A stretch of 64,000 bases of DNA from Eledone cirrhosa (taxonomy: Eukaryota). Below, piece by piece: positions 1 to 17,249 of the stretch. The translations under genes and the position numbers were made by a program. The DNA lies in the NCBI GenBank assembly GCA_964016885.1, contig OZ024740.1:102982001-103046000 (forward strand). The letters are read 5' to 3'. A model generated the notes under the pieces. It ran no database searches. It saw nothing but the letters and a program-made list of their open reading frames with translations, and had not been told where the DNA came from. Each line of letters starts with the position of its first letter. The first letter of the stretch is position 1.

Positions 1-976
1 AGCACAAGTACTTGACAGACACATATTAAACACACACAAGTACTTGACAGACACATATTAAACACACACACACACACAAGTACTTGACAGACACATATTA
101 AACACACACACGAGCACAAGTACTTGACAGACACATATTAAACACACACACACACACACAAGTACTTGACAGACACATATTAAACACACACACACACACA
201 AGTACTTGACAGACACATATTAAACACACACACACACACAAGTACTTGACAGACACATATTAAACACACACGAGCACAAGTACCTGACAGACACATATTA
301 AACACACACGAGCACAAGTACCTGACAGACACATATTAAACACACACACACACACACACAAGTACTTGACAGACACATATTAAACACACACACACACACA
401 CACACACACAAGTACTTGACAGACACATATTAAACACACCAACACGAGCACAAGTACTTGACAGACACATATTAAACACACACACAAGTACTTGACAGAC
501 ACATATTAAACACACACACACACACAAGTACTTGACAGACACATATTAAACACACACACACACACACAAGTACTTGACAGACACATATTAAACACACACA
601 CACGAGCACAAGCACTTGACAGACACATATTAAACACACACACACACACACACACAAGTACTTGACAGACACATATTAAACACACACACACACACACAAG
701 TACTTGACAGACACATATTAAACACACACACACAAACACAAGTACTTGACAGACACATATCAATCACACACACACACACAAGTACTTGACAGACACATAT
801 TAAACACACACACACGAGCAAAGCACTTGACAGACACATATTAAACACACACACACACACACACACAAGTACTTGACAGACACATATTAAACACACACAC
901 ACACAAGTACTTGACAGACACATATTAAACACACACACACACACACACACACACAAGTACTTGACAGACACATATT

Positions 977-1014
<38 letters not shown>

Positions 1015-1118
1015 GTACTTGACAGACACATATTAAACACACACACACACACACAAGTACTTGACAGACACATATTAAACACACACACACACACACAAGT
1101 ACTTGACAGACACATATT

Positions 1119-1154
<36 letters not shown>

Positions 1155-1174
1155 GTGCTTGTCAGACACATATT

Positions 1175-1210
<36 letters not shown>

Positions 1211-2977
1211 GTACTTGACAGACACATATTAAACACACACACACACACACAAGTACTTGACAGACACATATTAAACACACACACACACACACAAGTACTT
1301 GACAGACACATATTAAACACACACACACACACAGGTACTTGACAGACACATATTAAACACACACACACACACACAAGTACTTGACAGACACATATTAAAC
1401 ACACACACACACACACAAGTACTTGACAGACACATATTAAACACACACACACACACACACAAGTAGTTGACAGACACATATTAAACACACACACACACAA
1501 GTACTTGACAGACATATTAAACACACACACACACACAAGTACTTGACAGACACATATTAAACACACACACACACACACACACAAGTACTAGACAGACACA
1601 TATTAAACACACACACACACACACAAGTACTTGACAGACACATATTAAACACACACACACACAAGTACTTGACAGACACATATTAAACACACACACATAC
1701 ACAAGTACTTGACAGACACATATTAAACACACACACACACACACAAGTACTTGACAGACACATATTAAACACACAAACACAAGTACTTGACAGACACATA
1801 TTAAACACACACACACACACACAAGTACTTGACAGACACATATTAAACACACACACACACACACAAGTACTTGACACACATATTAAACACACACACACAC
1901 ACACACACAAGTACTTGACAGACACATATTGAACACACACACACACACACACAAGTTCTTGACAGATACATATTAAACACACACACACACACACAAGTAC
2001 TTGACAAACACATATTAAACACACACACACACACGAGCACAAGTACTTGACAGACACATATTAAACACACACACACACACACGAGCACAAGTACTTGACA
2101 GACACATATTAAACACACACACACACGCACAAGTACTTGACAGACACATATTAAACACACACACACACAGACACAAGTACTTGACAGACACATATTAAAC
2201 ACACACACAAGTACTTGACAGACACATATTAAACACACACACACACACACACAAGTACTTGACAGACACATATTAAACACACACACACAAGTACTTGACA
2301 GACACATATTAAACACACAAACACAAGTACTTGACAGACACATATTAAACACACACACACACACAAGTACTTGACAGACACATATTAAACACACACACAC
2401 ACACACAAGTACTTGACAGACACATATTAAACACACACACACACACAAGTACTTGACAGACACATATTAAACACACACACACAAGTACTTGACAGACACA
2501 TATTAAACACACACACACACACACACGAGCACAAGTACTTGATAGACACATATTAAACACACACACACACAAGTACTTGACAGACACATATTAAACACAC
2601 ACACGCACACACAAGTACTTGACAGACACATTAAACACACACACACACACACAAGTACTTGACTGACACATATTAAACACACACACACAAGTACTTGACA
2701 GACACATATTAAACACACACACACACACACAGGTACTTGACAGACACATATTAAACACACACACACAAGTACTTGACAGACACATATTAAACACACACAC
2801 ACACAAGTACGTGACAGACACATATTAAACACACACACACACACACACAAGTACTTGACAGACACATATTAAAAAAACACACACACACACACACAGACAC
2901 AAGTACTTGACAGACACATATTAAACACACACACACACACACACACAAACACAAGTACTTGACAGACACATATTAAA

Positions 2978-3034
<57 letters not shown>

Positions 3035-6000
3035 GTACTTGACAGACACATATTAAACACACACACACACACAAGTACTTGACAGACACATATTAAACAC
3101 ACACACACACACAAGTACTTGACAGACACATATTAAACACACACACACACACAAGTACTTGACAGACACATGTTAAACACACACACACACACACACACAA
3201 GTACTTGACAGACACATATTAAACACACACACACACACACACAAGTAGTTGACAGACACATATTAAACACACACACACAAATACTTGACAGACACATATT
3301 AAACACACACACACACACACAAGTACTTGACAGACACATATTAAACACACACACACACACAAGTACTTGACAGACACATATTAAACACACACACATACAC
3401 AAGTACTTGACAGACACATATTAAACACACACACACACACACAAGTACTTGACAGACACATATTAAACACACACACACACACGAGCACAAGTACTTGACA
3501 GACACATATTAAACACACACACACACACACACACACACAAGTACTTGACAGACACATATTAAACACACACACACACACACAAGTACTTGACAGACACATA
3601 TTAAACACACACAGACACACGAGCACAAGTACTTGACAGACACATATTAAACACACACACACACACGAGCACAAGTACTTGACAGACACATAATAAACAC
3701 ACATACACACAAGTACTTGACAGACACATATTAAACACACACACACACAGACACAAGTACTTGACAGACACATATTAAACACACACACACACACACACAC
3801 AAGTACTTGACAGACACATATTAAACACACACACACACGAGCACAAGTACTTGACCGACACATATTAAACACACACACACACACACAAGTACTTGACAGA
3901 CACATATTAAACACACACACACACACACAAGTACTTGACAGACACATATTAAACACACACACATACACACAAGTACTTGACAGACACATATTAAACACAC
4001 ACACACAAGTAGTTGACAGACACATATTAAACACACACACACACACGAGCACAAGTACTTGACAGACACATATTAAACACACACACACACACACAAGTAC
4101 TTGACAGACACATATTAAACACAAACACACACAAGTACTTGACAGACACATATTAAACACACACACACACACGAGCACAAGTACTTGACAGACACATATT
4201 AAACACACACACACACACACAAGTACTTGACAGACACATATTAAACACACACACACACACGAGCACAAGTACTTGACAGACACATATTAAACACACACAC
4301 ACACACACAAGTACTTGACAGACACATATTAAACACACACACACAAGTACTTGACAGACACATATTAAACACACACACACACAAGTACTTGACAGACACA
4401 TATTAAACACACACACAAGTACTTGACAGACACATATTAAACACACACACACACACACACAAGTACTTGACAGACACATATTAAACACACACACACAAGT
4501 ACTTGACAGACACATATTAAACACACACACACACACACACAAGTAGTTGACAGACACATATTAAACACACAAACACACAAGTACTTGACAGACATATTAA
4601 ACACACACACACACACACAAGTACTTGACAGACACATATTAAACACACACACACACAAGTACTTGACAGACACATATTAAACACACACACACACACACAA
4701 GTACTTGACAGACACATATTAAACACACACACACGAGCACAAGTACTTGACAGACACATATTAAACACACACACACACACAAGTACTTGACAGACACATA
4801 TTAAACACACACACACACACAAGTACTTGACAGACACATATTAAACACACACACACACACACACAAGTACTTGACAGACACATATTAAACACACACACAC
4901 ACACGCAAGTACTTGACAGACACATATTAAACACACACACACGAGCACAAGTACTTGACAGACACATATTAAACACACACACACACACACACACCCACAC
5001 ACACACACACACAAGTACTTGACAGACACATATTAAACACACACACACACAAGTACTTGACAGACACATGTTAAACACACACACACGAGCACAAGTACTT
5101 GACAGACACATATTAAACACACACACACACAAGTACTTGACAGACACATATTAAACACACACACACACACAAGTACTTGACAGACACATATTAAACACAC
5201 ACACGAGCACAAGTACTTGACAGACACATATTAAACACACACAAGTACTTGACAGACACATATTAAACACACACACACACACAAGTACTTGACAGACACA
5301 TATTAAACACACACACGAGCACAAGTACTTGACAGACACATATTAAACACACACACACACACACAAGTACTTGACAGACACATATTAAACACACACACAC
5401 ACACAAGTACTTGACAGACACATATTAAACACACACACACACACAAGTACTTGACAGACACATATTAAACACACACGAGCACAAGTACCTGACAGACACA
5501 TATTAAACACACACGAGCACAAGTACCTGACAGACACATATTAAACACACACACACACACACACAAGTACTTGACAGACACATATTAAACACACACACAC
5601 ACACACACACACACAAGTACTTGACAGACACATATTAAACACACCAACACGAGCACAAGTACTTGACAGACACATATTAAACACACACACAAGTACTTGA
5701 CAGACACATATTAAACACACACACACACACAAGTACTTGACAGACACATATTAAACACACACACACACACACAAGTACTTGACAGACACATATTAAACAC
5801 ACACACACGAGCACAAGCACTTGACAGACACATATTAAACACACACACACACACACACACAAGTACTTGACAGACACATATTAAACACACACACACACAC
5901 ACAAGTACTTGACAGACACATATTAAACACACACACACAAACACAAGTACTTGACAGACACATATCAATCACACACACACACACAAGTACTTGACAGACA

Positions 6001-6181
6001 CATATTAAACACACACACACGAGCAAAGCACTTGACAGACACATATTAAACACACACACACACACACACACAAGTACTTGACAGACACATATTAAACACA
6101 CACACACACAAGTACTTGACAGACACATATTAAACACACACACACACACACACACACACAAGTACTTGACAGACACATATT

Positions 6182-6213
<32 letters not shown>

Positions 6214-6233
6214 GTACTTGACAGACACATATT

Positions 6234-6267
<34 letters not shown>

Positions 6268-7085
6268 GTACTTGACAGACACATATTAAACACACACACA
6301 CACACACAAGTACTTGACAGACACATATTAAACACACACACACACACACAAGTACTTGACAGACACATATTAAACACACACACACACACACAAGTACTTG
6401 ACAGAAACATATTAAACACACACACACACAAGTACTTGACAGACACATATTAAACACACACACACACACACACAAGTACTTGACAGACACATATTAAACA
6501 CACACACACACACAAGTACTTGACAGACACATATTAAACACACACACACACAAGCACTTGACAGACACATATTAAACACACACACACACACACACACACA
6601 AGTACTTGACAGACACATATTAAACACACACACACACAAGTACTTGACAGACACATATTAAACAGACACACACACACACAAGTACTTGACAGACACATAT
6701 TAAACACACACACACACAAGTACTTGACAGACACATATTAAACACACACACACGAGCACAAGCACTTGACAGACACATATTAAACACACACACACACACA
6801 CACACAAGTACTTGACAGACACATATTAAACACACACACACACACACACAAGTACTTGACAGACACATATTAAACACACACACACAAACACAAGTACTTG
6901 ACAGACACATATTAAACACACACACACACACACAAGTACTTGACAGACACATATTAAACACACACACACGAGCACAAGCACTTGACAGACACATATTAAA
7001 CACACACACACACACACACACAAGTACTTGACAGACACATATTAAACACACACACACACACACAAGTACTTGACAGACACATATT

Positions 7086-7123
<38 letters not shown>

Positions 7124-9085
7124 GTACTTGACAGACACATATTAAACACACACACACACACACACAAGTACTTGACAGACACATATTAAACACACACACA
7201 CACACACAAGTACTTGACAGACACATATTAAACACACACACACACACAAGTACTTGACAGACACATATTAAACACACACACACACGAGCACAAGTACTTG
7301 ACAGACACATATTAAACACACACACACACACACAAGTACTTGACAGACACATATTAAACACACACACACACAAGTACTTGACAGACACATATTAAACACA
7401 CACACACACACGAGCACAAGTACTTGACAGACACATATTAAACACACACACACACACACAAGTACTTGACAGACACATATTAAACACACACACACACACG
7501 AGCACAAGTACTTGACAGACACATATTAAACACACACACACACACACAAGTACTTGACAGACACATATTAAACACACACACACAAGTACTTGACAGACAC
7601 ATATTAAACACACACACACACAAGTACTTGACAGACACATATTAAACACACACACAAGTACTTGACAGACACATATTAAACACACACACACACACACACA
7701 AGTACTTGACAGACACATATTAAACACACACACACAAGTACTTGACAGACACATATTAAACACACACACACACACACACAAGTAGTTGACAGACACATAT
7801 TAAACACACAAACACACAAGTACTTGACAGACATATTAAACACACACACACACACACAAGTACTTGACAGACACATATTAAACACACACACACACAAGTA
7901 CTTGACAGACACATATTAAACACACACACACGAGCACAAGTACTTGACAGACACATATTAAACACACACACACACACAAGTACTTGACAGACACATATTA
8001 AACACACACACACACACAAGTACTTGACAGACACATATTAAACACACACACACACACACACAAGTACTTGACAGACACGTATTAAACACACACACACACA
8101 CGCAAGTACTTGACAGACACATATTAAACACACACACACGAGCACAAGTACTTGACAGACACATATTAAACACACACACACACACACACACCCACACACA
8201 CACACACACAAGTACTTGACAGACACATATTAAACACACACACACACACAAGTACTTGACAGACACATATTAAACACACACACGAGCACAAGTACTTGAC
8301 AGACACATATTAAACACACACAAGTACTTGACAGACACATATTAAACACACACACACACACAAGTACTTGACAGACACATATTAAACACACACACGAGCA
8401 CAAGTACTTGACAGACACATATTAAACACACACACACACACACAAGTACTTGACAGACACATATTAAACACACACACACACACAAGTACTTGACAGACAC
8501 ATATTAAACACACACACACACACAAGTACTTGACAGACACATATTAAACACACACGAGCACAAGTACCTGACAGACACATATTAAACACACACGAGCACA
8601 AGTACCTGACAGACACATATTAAACACACACACACACACACACAAGTACTTGACAGACACATATTAAACACACACACACACACACACACACACAAGTACT
8701 TGACAGACACATATTAAACACACCAACACGAGCACAAGTACTTGACAGACACATATTAAACACACACACAAGTACTTGACAGACACATATTAAACACACA
8801 CACACACACAAGTACTTGACAGACACATATTAAACACACACACACACACACAAGTACTTGACAGACACATATTAAACACACACACACGAGCACAAGCACT
8901 TGACAGACACATATTAAACACACACACACACACACACACAAGTACTTGACAGACACATATTAAACACACACACACACACACAAGTACTTGACAGACACAT
9001 ATTAAACACACACACACAAACACAAGTACTTGACAGACACATATCAATCACACACACACACACAAGTACTTGACAGACACATATT

Positions 9086-9123
<38 letters not shown>

Positions 9124-9435
9124 GTACTTGACAGACACATATTAAACACACACACACACACACAAGTACTTGACAGACACATATTAAACACACACACACA
9201 CACACAAGTACTTGACAGACACATATTAAACACACACACACACACACACACACAAGTACTTGACAGAAACATATTAAACACACACACACACAAGTACTTG
9301 ACAGACACATATTAAACACACACACACACACACACAAGTACTTGACAGACACATATTAAACACACACACACACACAAGTACTTGACAGACACATATTAAA
9401 CACACACACACACAAGCACTTGACAGACACATATT

Positions 9436-9467
<32 letters not shown>

Positions 9468-9951
9468 GTACTTGACAGACACATATTAAACACACACACA
9501 CACAAGTACTTGACAGACACATATTAAACAGACACACACACACACAAGTACTTGACAGACACATATTAAACACACACACACACAAGTACTTGACAGACAC
9601 ATATTAAACACACACACACGAGCACAAGCACTTGACAGACACATATTAAACACACACACACACACACACACAAGTACTTGACAGACACATATTAAACACA
9701 CACACACACACACACAAGTACTTGACAGACACATATTAAACACACACACACAAACACAAGTACTTGACAGACACATATTAAACACACACACACACACACA
9801 AGTACTTGACAGACACATATTAAACACACACACACGAGCACAAGCACTTGACAGACACATATTAAACACACACACACACACACACACAAGTACTTGACAG
9901 ACACATATTAAACACACACACACACACACAAGTACTTGACAGACACATATT

Positions 9952-9987
<36 letters not shown>

Positions 9988-11153
9988 GTACTTGACAGAC
10001 ACATATTAAACACACACACAAGTACTTGACAGACACATATTAAACACACACACACACACACACAAGTACTTGACAGACACATATTAAACACACACACACA
10101 CACAAGTACTTGACAGACACATATTAAACACACACACACACGAGCACAAGTACTTGACAGACACATATTAAACACACACACACACACAAGTACTTGACAG
10201 ACACATATTAAACACACACACACGAGCACAAGTACTTGACAGACACATATTAAACACACACACACACACACAAGTACTTGACAGACACATATTAAACACA
10301 CACACACGAGCACAAGTACTTGACAGACACATATTAAACACACACACACACACAAGTACTTGACAGACACCTATTAAACACACACACACACACACAAGTA
10401 CTTGACAGACACATATTAAACACACACACACACACATGTACTTGACAGACACATATTAAACACACACACACGAGCACAAGCACTTGACAGACACATATTA
10501 AACACAAATACTTGACAGACACATATTAAACACACACACACACACACAAGTACTTGACAGATATATATTAAACACACACACACGAGCACAAGTACTTGAC
10601 AGACACATATTAAACACACACACAGACACACACACACAAGTACTTGACAGACACATATTAAACACACACACACAAGTACTTGACAGACACATATTAAACA
10701 CACACACACACACACACACAAGTACTTGACAGACACATATTAAACCCACACACACGAGCACAAGTACTTCACAGACACATATTAAACACACACACACACA
10801 CACAAGTACTTGACAGACACATATTAAACACACACACACACACACACAAGTACTTGACAGACACATATTAAACACACACACACAAGTACTTGACAGACGC
10901 ATATTAAACACACACACACACACACAAGTACTCGACAGACACATATTAAACACTCAGACACGAGCACAAGTACTTGACAGACACATATTAAACACACACA
11001 CACACACACAAAAGTACTTGACAGACACATATTAAACACACACACACACACAAGTACTTGACAGACACATATTAAACACACACACACGAGCACAAGTACT
11101 TGACAGACACATATTAAACACACACACACACAAGTACTTGACAGACACATATT

Positions 11154-11185
<32 letters not shown>

Positions 11186-14100
11186 GTACTTGACAGACAC
11201 ATATTAAACACACACACACGAGCACAAGTACTTGACAGACACATATTAAACACACACACACACACACAAGTACTTGACAGACACATATTAAACACACACA
11301 CACACAAGTACTTGACAGACACATATTAAACACACACACACACACACAAGTACCTGACAGACACATATTAAACACACACACACACACACACAAGTACTTG
11401 ACAGACACATATTAAACACACACACACACGCACACACAAGTACTTGACAGACACATATTAAACACACACACACGAGCACAAGCACTTGACAGACACATAT
11501 TAAACACACACACACACACACACACACACAAGTACTTGACAGACACGTATAAAACACACACACATACACACACACACACAAGTACTTGACAGACACATTA
11601 AACACACACACACACACACAAGTACTTGACAGACACATATTAAACACACACACACGAGCACAAGTACTTGACAGACACATATTAAACACACACACACACA
11701 CACACAAGTACTTGACAGACACATATTAAACACACACACACACACAAGTACTTGACAGACACATATTAAACACACACACACACACACACACAAGTACTTG
11801 ACAGACACATATTAAACACACACACACGAGCACAAGTACTTGACAGACACATATTAAACACACACACACACAAGTACTTGACAGACACATATTAAACACA
11901 CACACACACACACACAAGTACTTGACAGACACATATTAAACACACACACACAAGTACTTGACAGACGCATATTAAACACACACACACACACACACACAAG
12001 TACTCGACAGACACATATTAAACACTCAGACACGAGCACAAGTACTTGACAGACACATATTAAACACACACACACACACACAAAAGTACTTGACAGACAC
12101 ATATTAAACACACACACACACACAAGTACTTGACAGACACATATTAAACACACACACACGAGCACAAGTACTTGACAGACACATATTAAACACACACACA
12201 CACAAGTACTTGACAGACACATATTAAACACACACACACACACACACACACACAAGTACTTGACAGACACATATTAAACACACACACACGAGCACAAGTA
12301 CTTGACAGACACATATTAAACACACACACACACACACAAGTACTTGACAGACACATATTAAACACACACACACACAAGTACTTGACAGACACATATTAAA
12401 CACACACACACACACACAAGTACCTGACAGACACATATTAAACACACACACACACACACACAAGTACTTGACAGACACATATTAAACACACACACACACG
12501 CACACACAAGTACTTGACAGACACATATTAAACACACACACACGAGCACAAGCACTTGACAGACACATATTAAACACACACACACACACACACACACACA
12601 AGTACTTGACAGACACGTATAAAACACACACACATACACACACACACACAAGTACTTGACAGACACATTAAACACACACACACACACACAAGTACTTGAC
12701 AGACACATATTAAACACACACACGAGCACAAGTACTTGACAGACACATATTAAACACACACACACACACACACAAGTACTTGACAGACACATATTAAACA
12801 CACACACACACACACACACAAGTACTTGACAGACACATATTAAACACACACACACGAGCACAAGTACTTGACAGACACATATTAAACACACACACACACA
12901 AGTACTTGACAGACACATATTAAACACACACACACAAGTACTTGACAGACACATATTAAACACACACACACACACACAAGTACTTGACAGACACATATTA
13001 AACACACACACACACACAAGTACTTGACAGACACATATTAAACACACACACACGAGCACAAGTACTTGACAGACACATATTAAACACACACACACACACA
13101 CACAAGTACTTGACAGACACATATTAAACACACACACACACACACAAGTACTTGACAGACACATATTAAACACACACACACGAGCACAAGTACTTGACAG
13201 ACACATATTAAACACACACACACACAAGTACTTGACAGACACATATTAAACACACACACACACACACAAGTACTTGACAGACACATATTAAACACACACA
13301 CACACACACACACAAGTACTTGACAGACACATATTAAACACACACACACACACAAGTACTTGACAGACACATATTAAACACACACATGAGCACAAGTACT
13401 TGACAGACACTTATTAAACACACACACACGAGCACAAGTACTTGACAGACACATATTAAACACACACACACACACACAAGTACTTGACAGACACATATTA
13501 AACACACACACACACACACACACACAAGTACTTGACAGACACATATTAAACACACACACACACACAAGTACTTGACAGACACATATTAAACACACACACA
13601 CAAGTACTTGACAGACACATATTAAACACACACACACACACACAAGTACTTGACAGACACATATTAAACACACACACACACACACAAGTACTTGACAGAC
13701 ACATATTAAACACACACACACACACAAGTACTTGACAGACACATATTAAACACACACACACAAGTACTTGACAGACACATATTAAACACACACGAGCACA
13801 AGTACTTGACAGACACATATTAAACACACACACACACAAGTACTTGACAGACACATATTAAACACACACACACACACACAAGTACTTGACAGACACATAT
13901 TAAACACACACACACGAGCACAAGTACTTGACAGACATATATTAAACACACACACACACAAGTACTTGACAGACACATATTAAACACACACACACAAGTA
14001 CTTGACAGACACATATTAAACACACACACACACACACACACACAAGTACTTGACAGACACATATTAAACACACACACACGAGCACAAGTACTTGACAGAC

Positions 14101-15139
14101 ACATATTAAACACACACACACACACACACAAGTACTTGACAGACACATATTAAACACACACACACACACAAGTACTTGACAGACACATATTAAACACACA
14201 CACACACACAAGTACTTGACAGACACATATTAAACACACACACACACACACAAGTACTTGACAGACACATATTAAACACACACACACACAAGTACTTGAC
14301 AGACACATATTAAACACACACACACACAAGTACTTGACAGACACATATTAAACACACACACACAAGTACTTGACAGACACATATTAAACACACACACACA
14401 CACACAAGTACTCGACAGACACATATTAAACACACACACACGAGCACAAGTACTTGACAGACACATATTAAACACACACACACACACACAAGTACTTGAC
14501 AGACACATATTAAACACACACACACACACACAAGTACTTGACAGACACATATTAAACACACACACACACAAGTACTTGACAGACACATATTAAACACACA
14601 CACACACGCAAGTACTTGACAGACACATATTAAACACACACACACACACACAAGTACTTGACAGACACATATTAAACACACACACACACACACAAGTACT
14701 TGACAGACACATATTAAACACACACACACGAGCACAAGTACTTGACAGACACATATTAAACACACACACACACACAAGTACTTGACAGACACATATTAAA
14801 CACACACACACGAGCACAAGTACTTGACAGACACATATTAAACACACACACACACACACAAGTACTTGACAGACACATATTAAACACACACACACACACA
14901 CAAGTACTTGACAGACACATATTAAACACACACACACGAGCACAAGTACTTGACAGACACATGTTAAACACACACACACACACACAAGTACTTGACAGAC
15001 ACATATTAAACACACACACACACACACAAGTACTTGACAGACACATATTAAACACACACACACACACACATACACAAGTACTTGACAGACACATATTAAA
15101 CACACACACACACACACAAGTACTTGACAGACACATATT

Positions 15140-15171
<32 letters not shown>

Positions 15172-15472
15172 GTACTTGACAGACACATATTAAACACACA
15201 CACACACACACACACACAAGTACTTGACAGACACATATTAAACACACACACACACGAGCACAAGTACTTGACAGACACATATTAAACACACACACACGAG
15301 CACAAGTACTTGACAGACACATATTAAACACACACACACACACACACAAGTACTTGACAGACACATATGAAACACACACACACACACACAAGTACTTGAC
15401 AGACACATATTAAACACACACACACACACAAGTACTTGACAGACACATATTAAACACACACACACACACACA
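1..15472. repeat. Tandem satellite: 25-bp constant core AAGTACTTGACAGACACATATTAAA + variable (CA)n spacer (unit mostly ~36-50 bp); runs off the window start
   Basis: Directly visible; common variant CGAGCACAAG; all ORFs here are repeat translations. Confidence 0.99.
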
Positions 15473-15678
15473 ATTGTGAATGATATGAGAAGGAGAGAGA
15501 GCAATAGTCACTGGGAAATGTTGATAGAGAGACAAAGTAGGAATAAATTACAAATGAGAGAGTGAGAATAAAAAGAATTAGAGAACAAACAGTAAGAGAG
15601 GAGAAGGGGAGAGAACATTCTATGATTGTATTGTTTGCATAATTGAGTGAGTGTGTGTAGATATTTATATTTACACAT

Positions 15679-16019
15679 GGAGGCACATAGCTTAGTGGTT
15701 AGAGCATTGGGCTTGCAATCGAAAGGTTGTGAGTTCAATTCTCAGACCGGGTGAAGTGTTGTTTTCTTGAGCAAGAGACTTTATTTCATATTGCTCCAGT
15801 TTACTCAGCTGTAGAAATGAAATGATAGGACTGGGGTCCATATCATTCCACTGCAAAATGGACGTGGAGGTGCCACGGAAAAAAAAGCACCCAAAACTCA
15901 CTGTAAATGAGGTTGGTGTTAGGAAGGGCATCCAGCTGTAGAAATCAAGCCAGAATCAGTTCCCGTCCTACCCTTGCAAGCAGGGAAAAGCGGACATAAA
16001 ATGATGATGATGATGATGA
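15679..16019 (+). mobile_element. tRNA-derived SINE with RTE-type 3' tail ending in (ATG)n
   Basis: Box A-like TAGCTTAGTGG and box B-like GTTCAATTC, core TTGAGCAAGAGACTTTATTTC, tail GTTAGGAAGGGCATCCAGC...GGACATAAAATGATGATG shared with the RTE 3' UTR at 43445-43700. Confidence 0.8.
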
Positions 16020-16059
16020 CACATATATCGATAGTTGATTGACTTTCATCAAATCAGAC

Positions 16060-16248
16060 CGTGGAAACAATGCTTCCATTGGTCTTTCCAATTGCTAATA
16101 CTATCTGTCGGTCGTAAATCCAGGTAGAAGGAACAACGTGAAATAAAGCGTCTTGCTCAAGGACACAACGCTTCACCCAGTCCGGGAATCAAAATCACAA
16201 CCTCACGATGGCAAATCCAATTCGCTAACTACTCAGCCACGTGCCTTC
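16060..16248 (-). mobile_element. tRNA-derived SINE
   Basis: Reverse complement of the same head/core (GAAATAAAGCGTCTTGCTCAAGGACAC...CTCAGCCACGTGCCTTC); related copy at 56300-56484. Confidence 0.8.
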
Positions 16249-17249
16249 ACACACAGACACACACACACACATATATATATGTACACACAAACATACATGC
16301 ACGCGCATGTATATAAATACATATTACATGTATATATGTATGTAACTAAGTATGGTTGTGTGGATGTAATACACACGTAATATCAAACATTTTTCCCTGC
16401 CGGCATACTAACACATACATACAAATACACACCCATTCACTTGCACACATTAAACAATATACATTTCACAATTTTTTTTATTCTCCTTCAATTTATTGCA
16501 GATATAATAACCAACACCGACACATGCCGACAAATAATAATGAATACATGAATTTATTTTGGAATTATCTTCAGATTTAAGAGACCTTATCTATGTAGCT
16601 TTCCAGTTTGTAAAAAAAATGTCTTTAGTTAAAAAGTAACTTTGTTTCATGATTCTTTTCAACCTAATGATTTCACAAATCCTTCCATTTTCTTATACAA
16701 ACACACACACACGCACTCATATGCGCACGCACACACACACACCCGACATACACATGTATATAAATACATATTACATATGTATATAAATGTGTATGTATAT
16801 ATATACATACACACACATATGCATACACTTATATCTATGTATCAGTGTATGTATATATATATGTGTGTATCTAAGTATGTTTTTGCATGCACACACACAC
16901 ACACACACAAATACAGATAAAGACAAACATCATTTTATTTGCACATATTATATGAACTGAATTGAAATTTCATTCATCTCACCTATTGTTTATCTTCATT
17001 TAAATTCAATTTCCTTGGATACCATTTAAATATCAAGCTTTAAATATTTGTAAAATGACTGGGTGATGTCAGATTTCGAAAACTGTTCTTTCCTGTATCT
17101 TATCCCTTTCATGACCATATTTCTAATGAAATACACTCTATTTCAATTAATTCATAAAGAATTTGGGGAGGTTTACTAAAATTATGAATTATTTAATCAA
17201 CATGATAGTAACTTAACATATGGATTTTATATCAAATCAATGTTGCATA

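Noticed and set aside
1-15472. CRISPR-like repeat-spacer array or Cys/Val-rich proteins
   Set aside because: Spacers are only (CA)n, there are no cas genes and the context is eukaryotic; the ORFs are stop-poor repeat frames
15679-15752. tRNA gene
   Set aside because: No proper cloverleaf; continues into the SINE core seen in several copies
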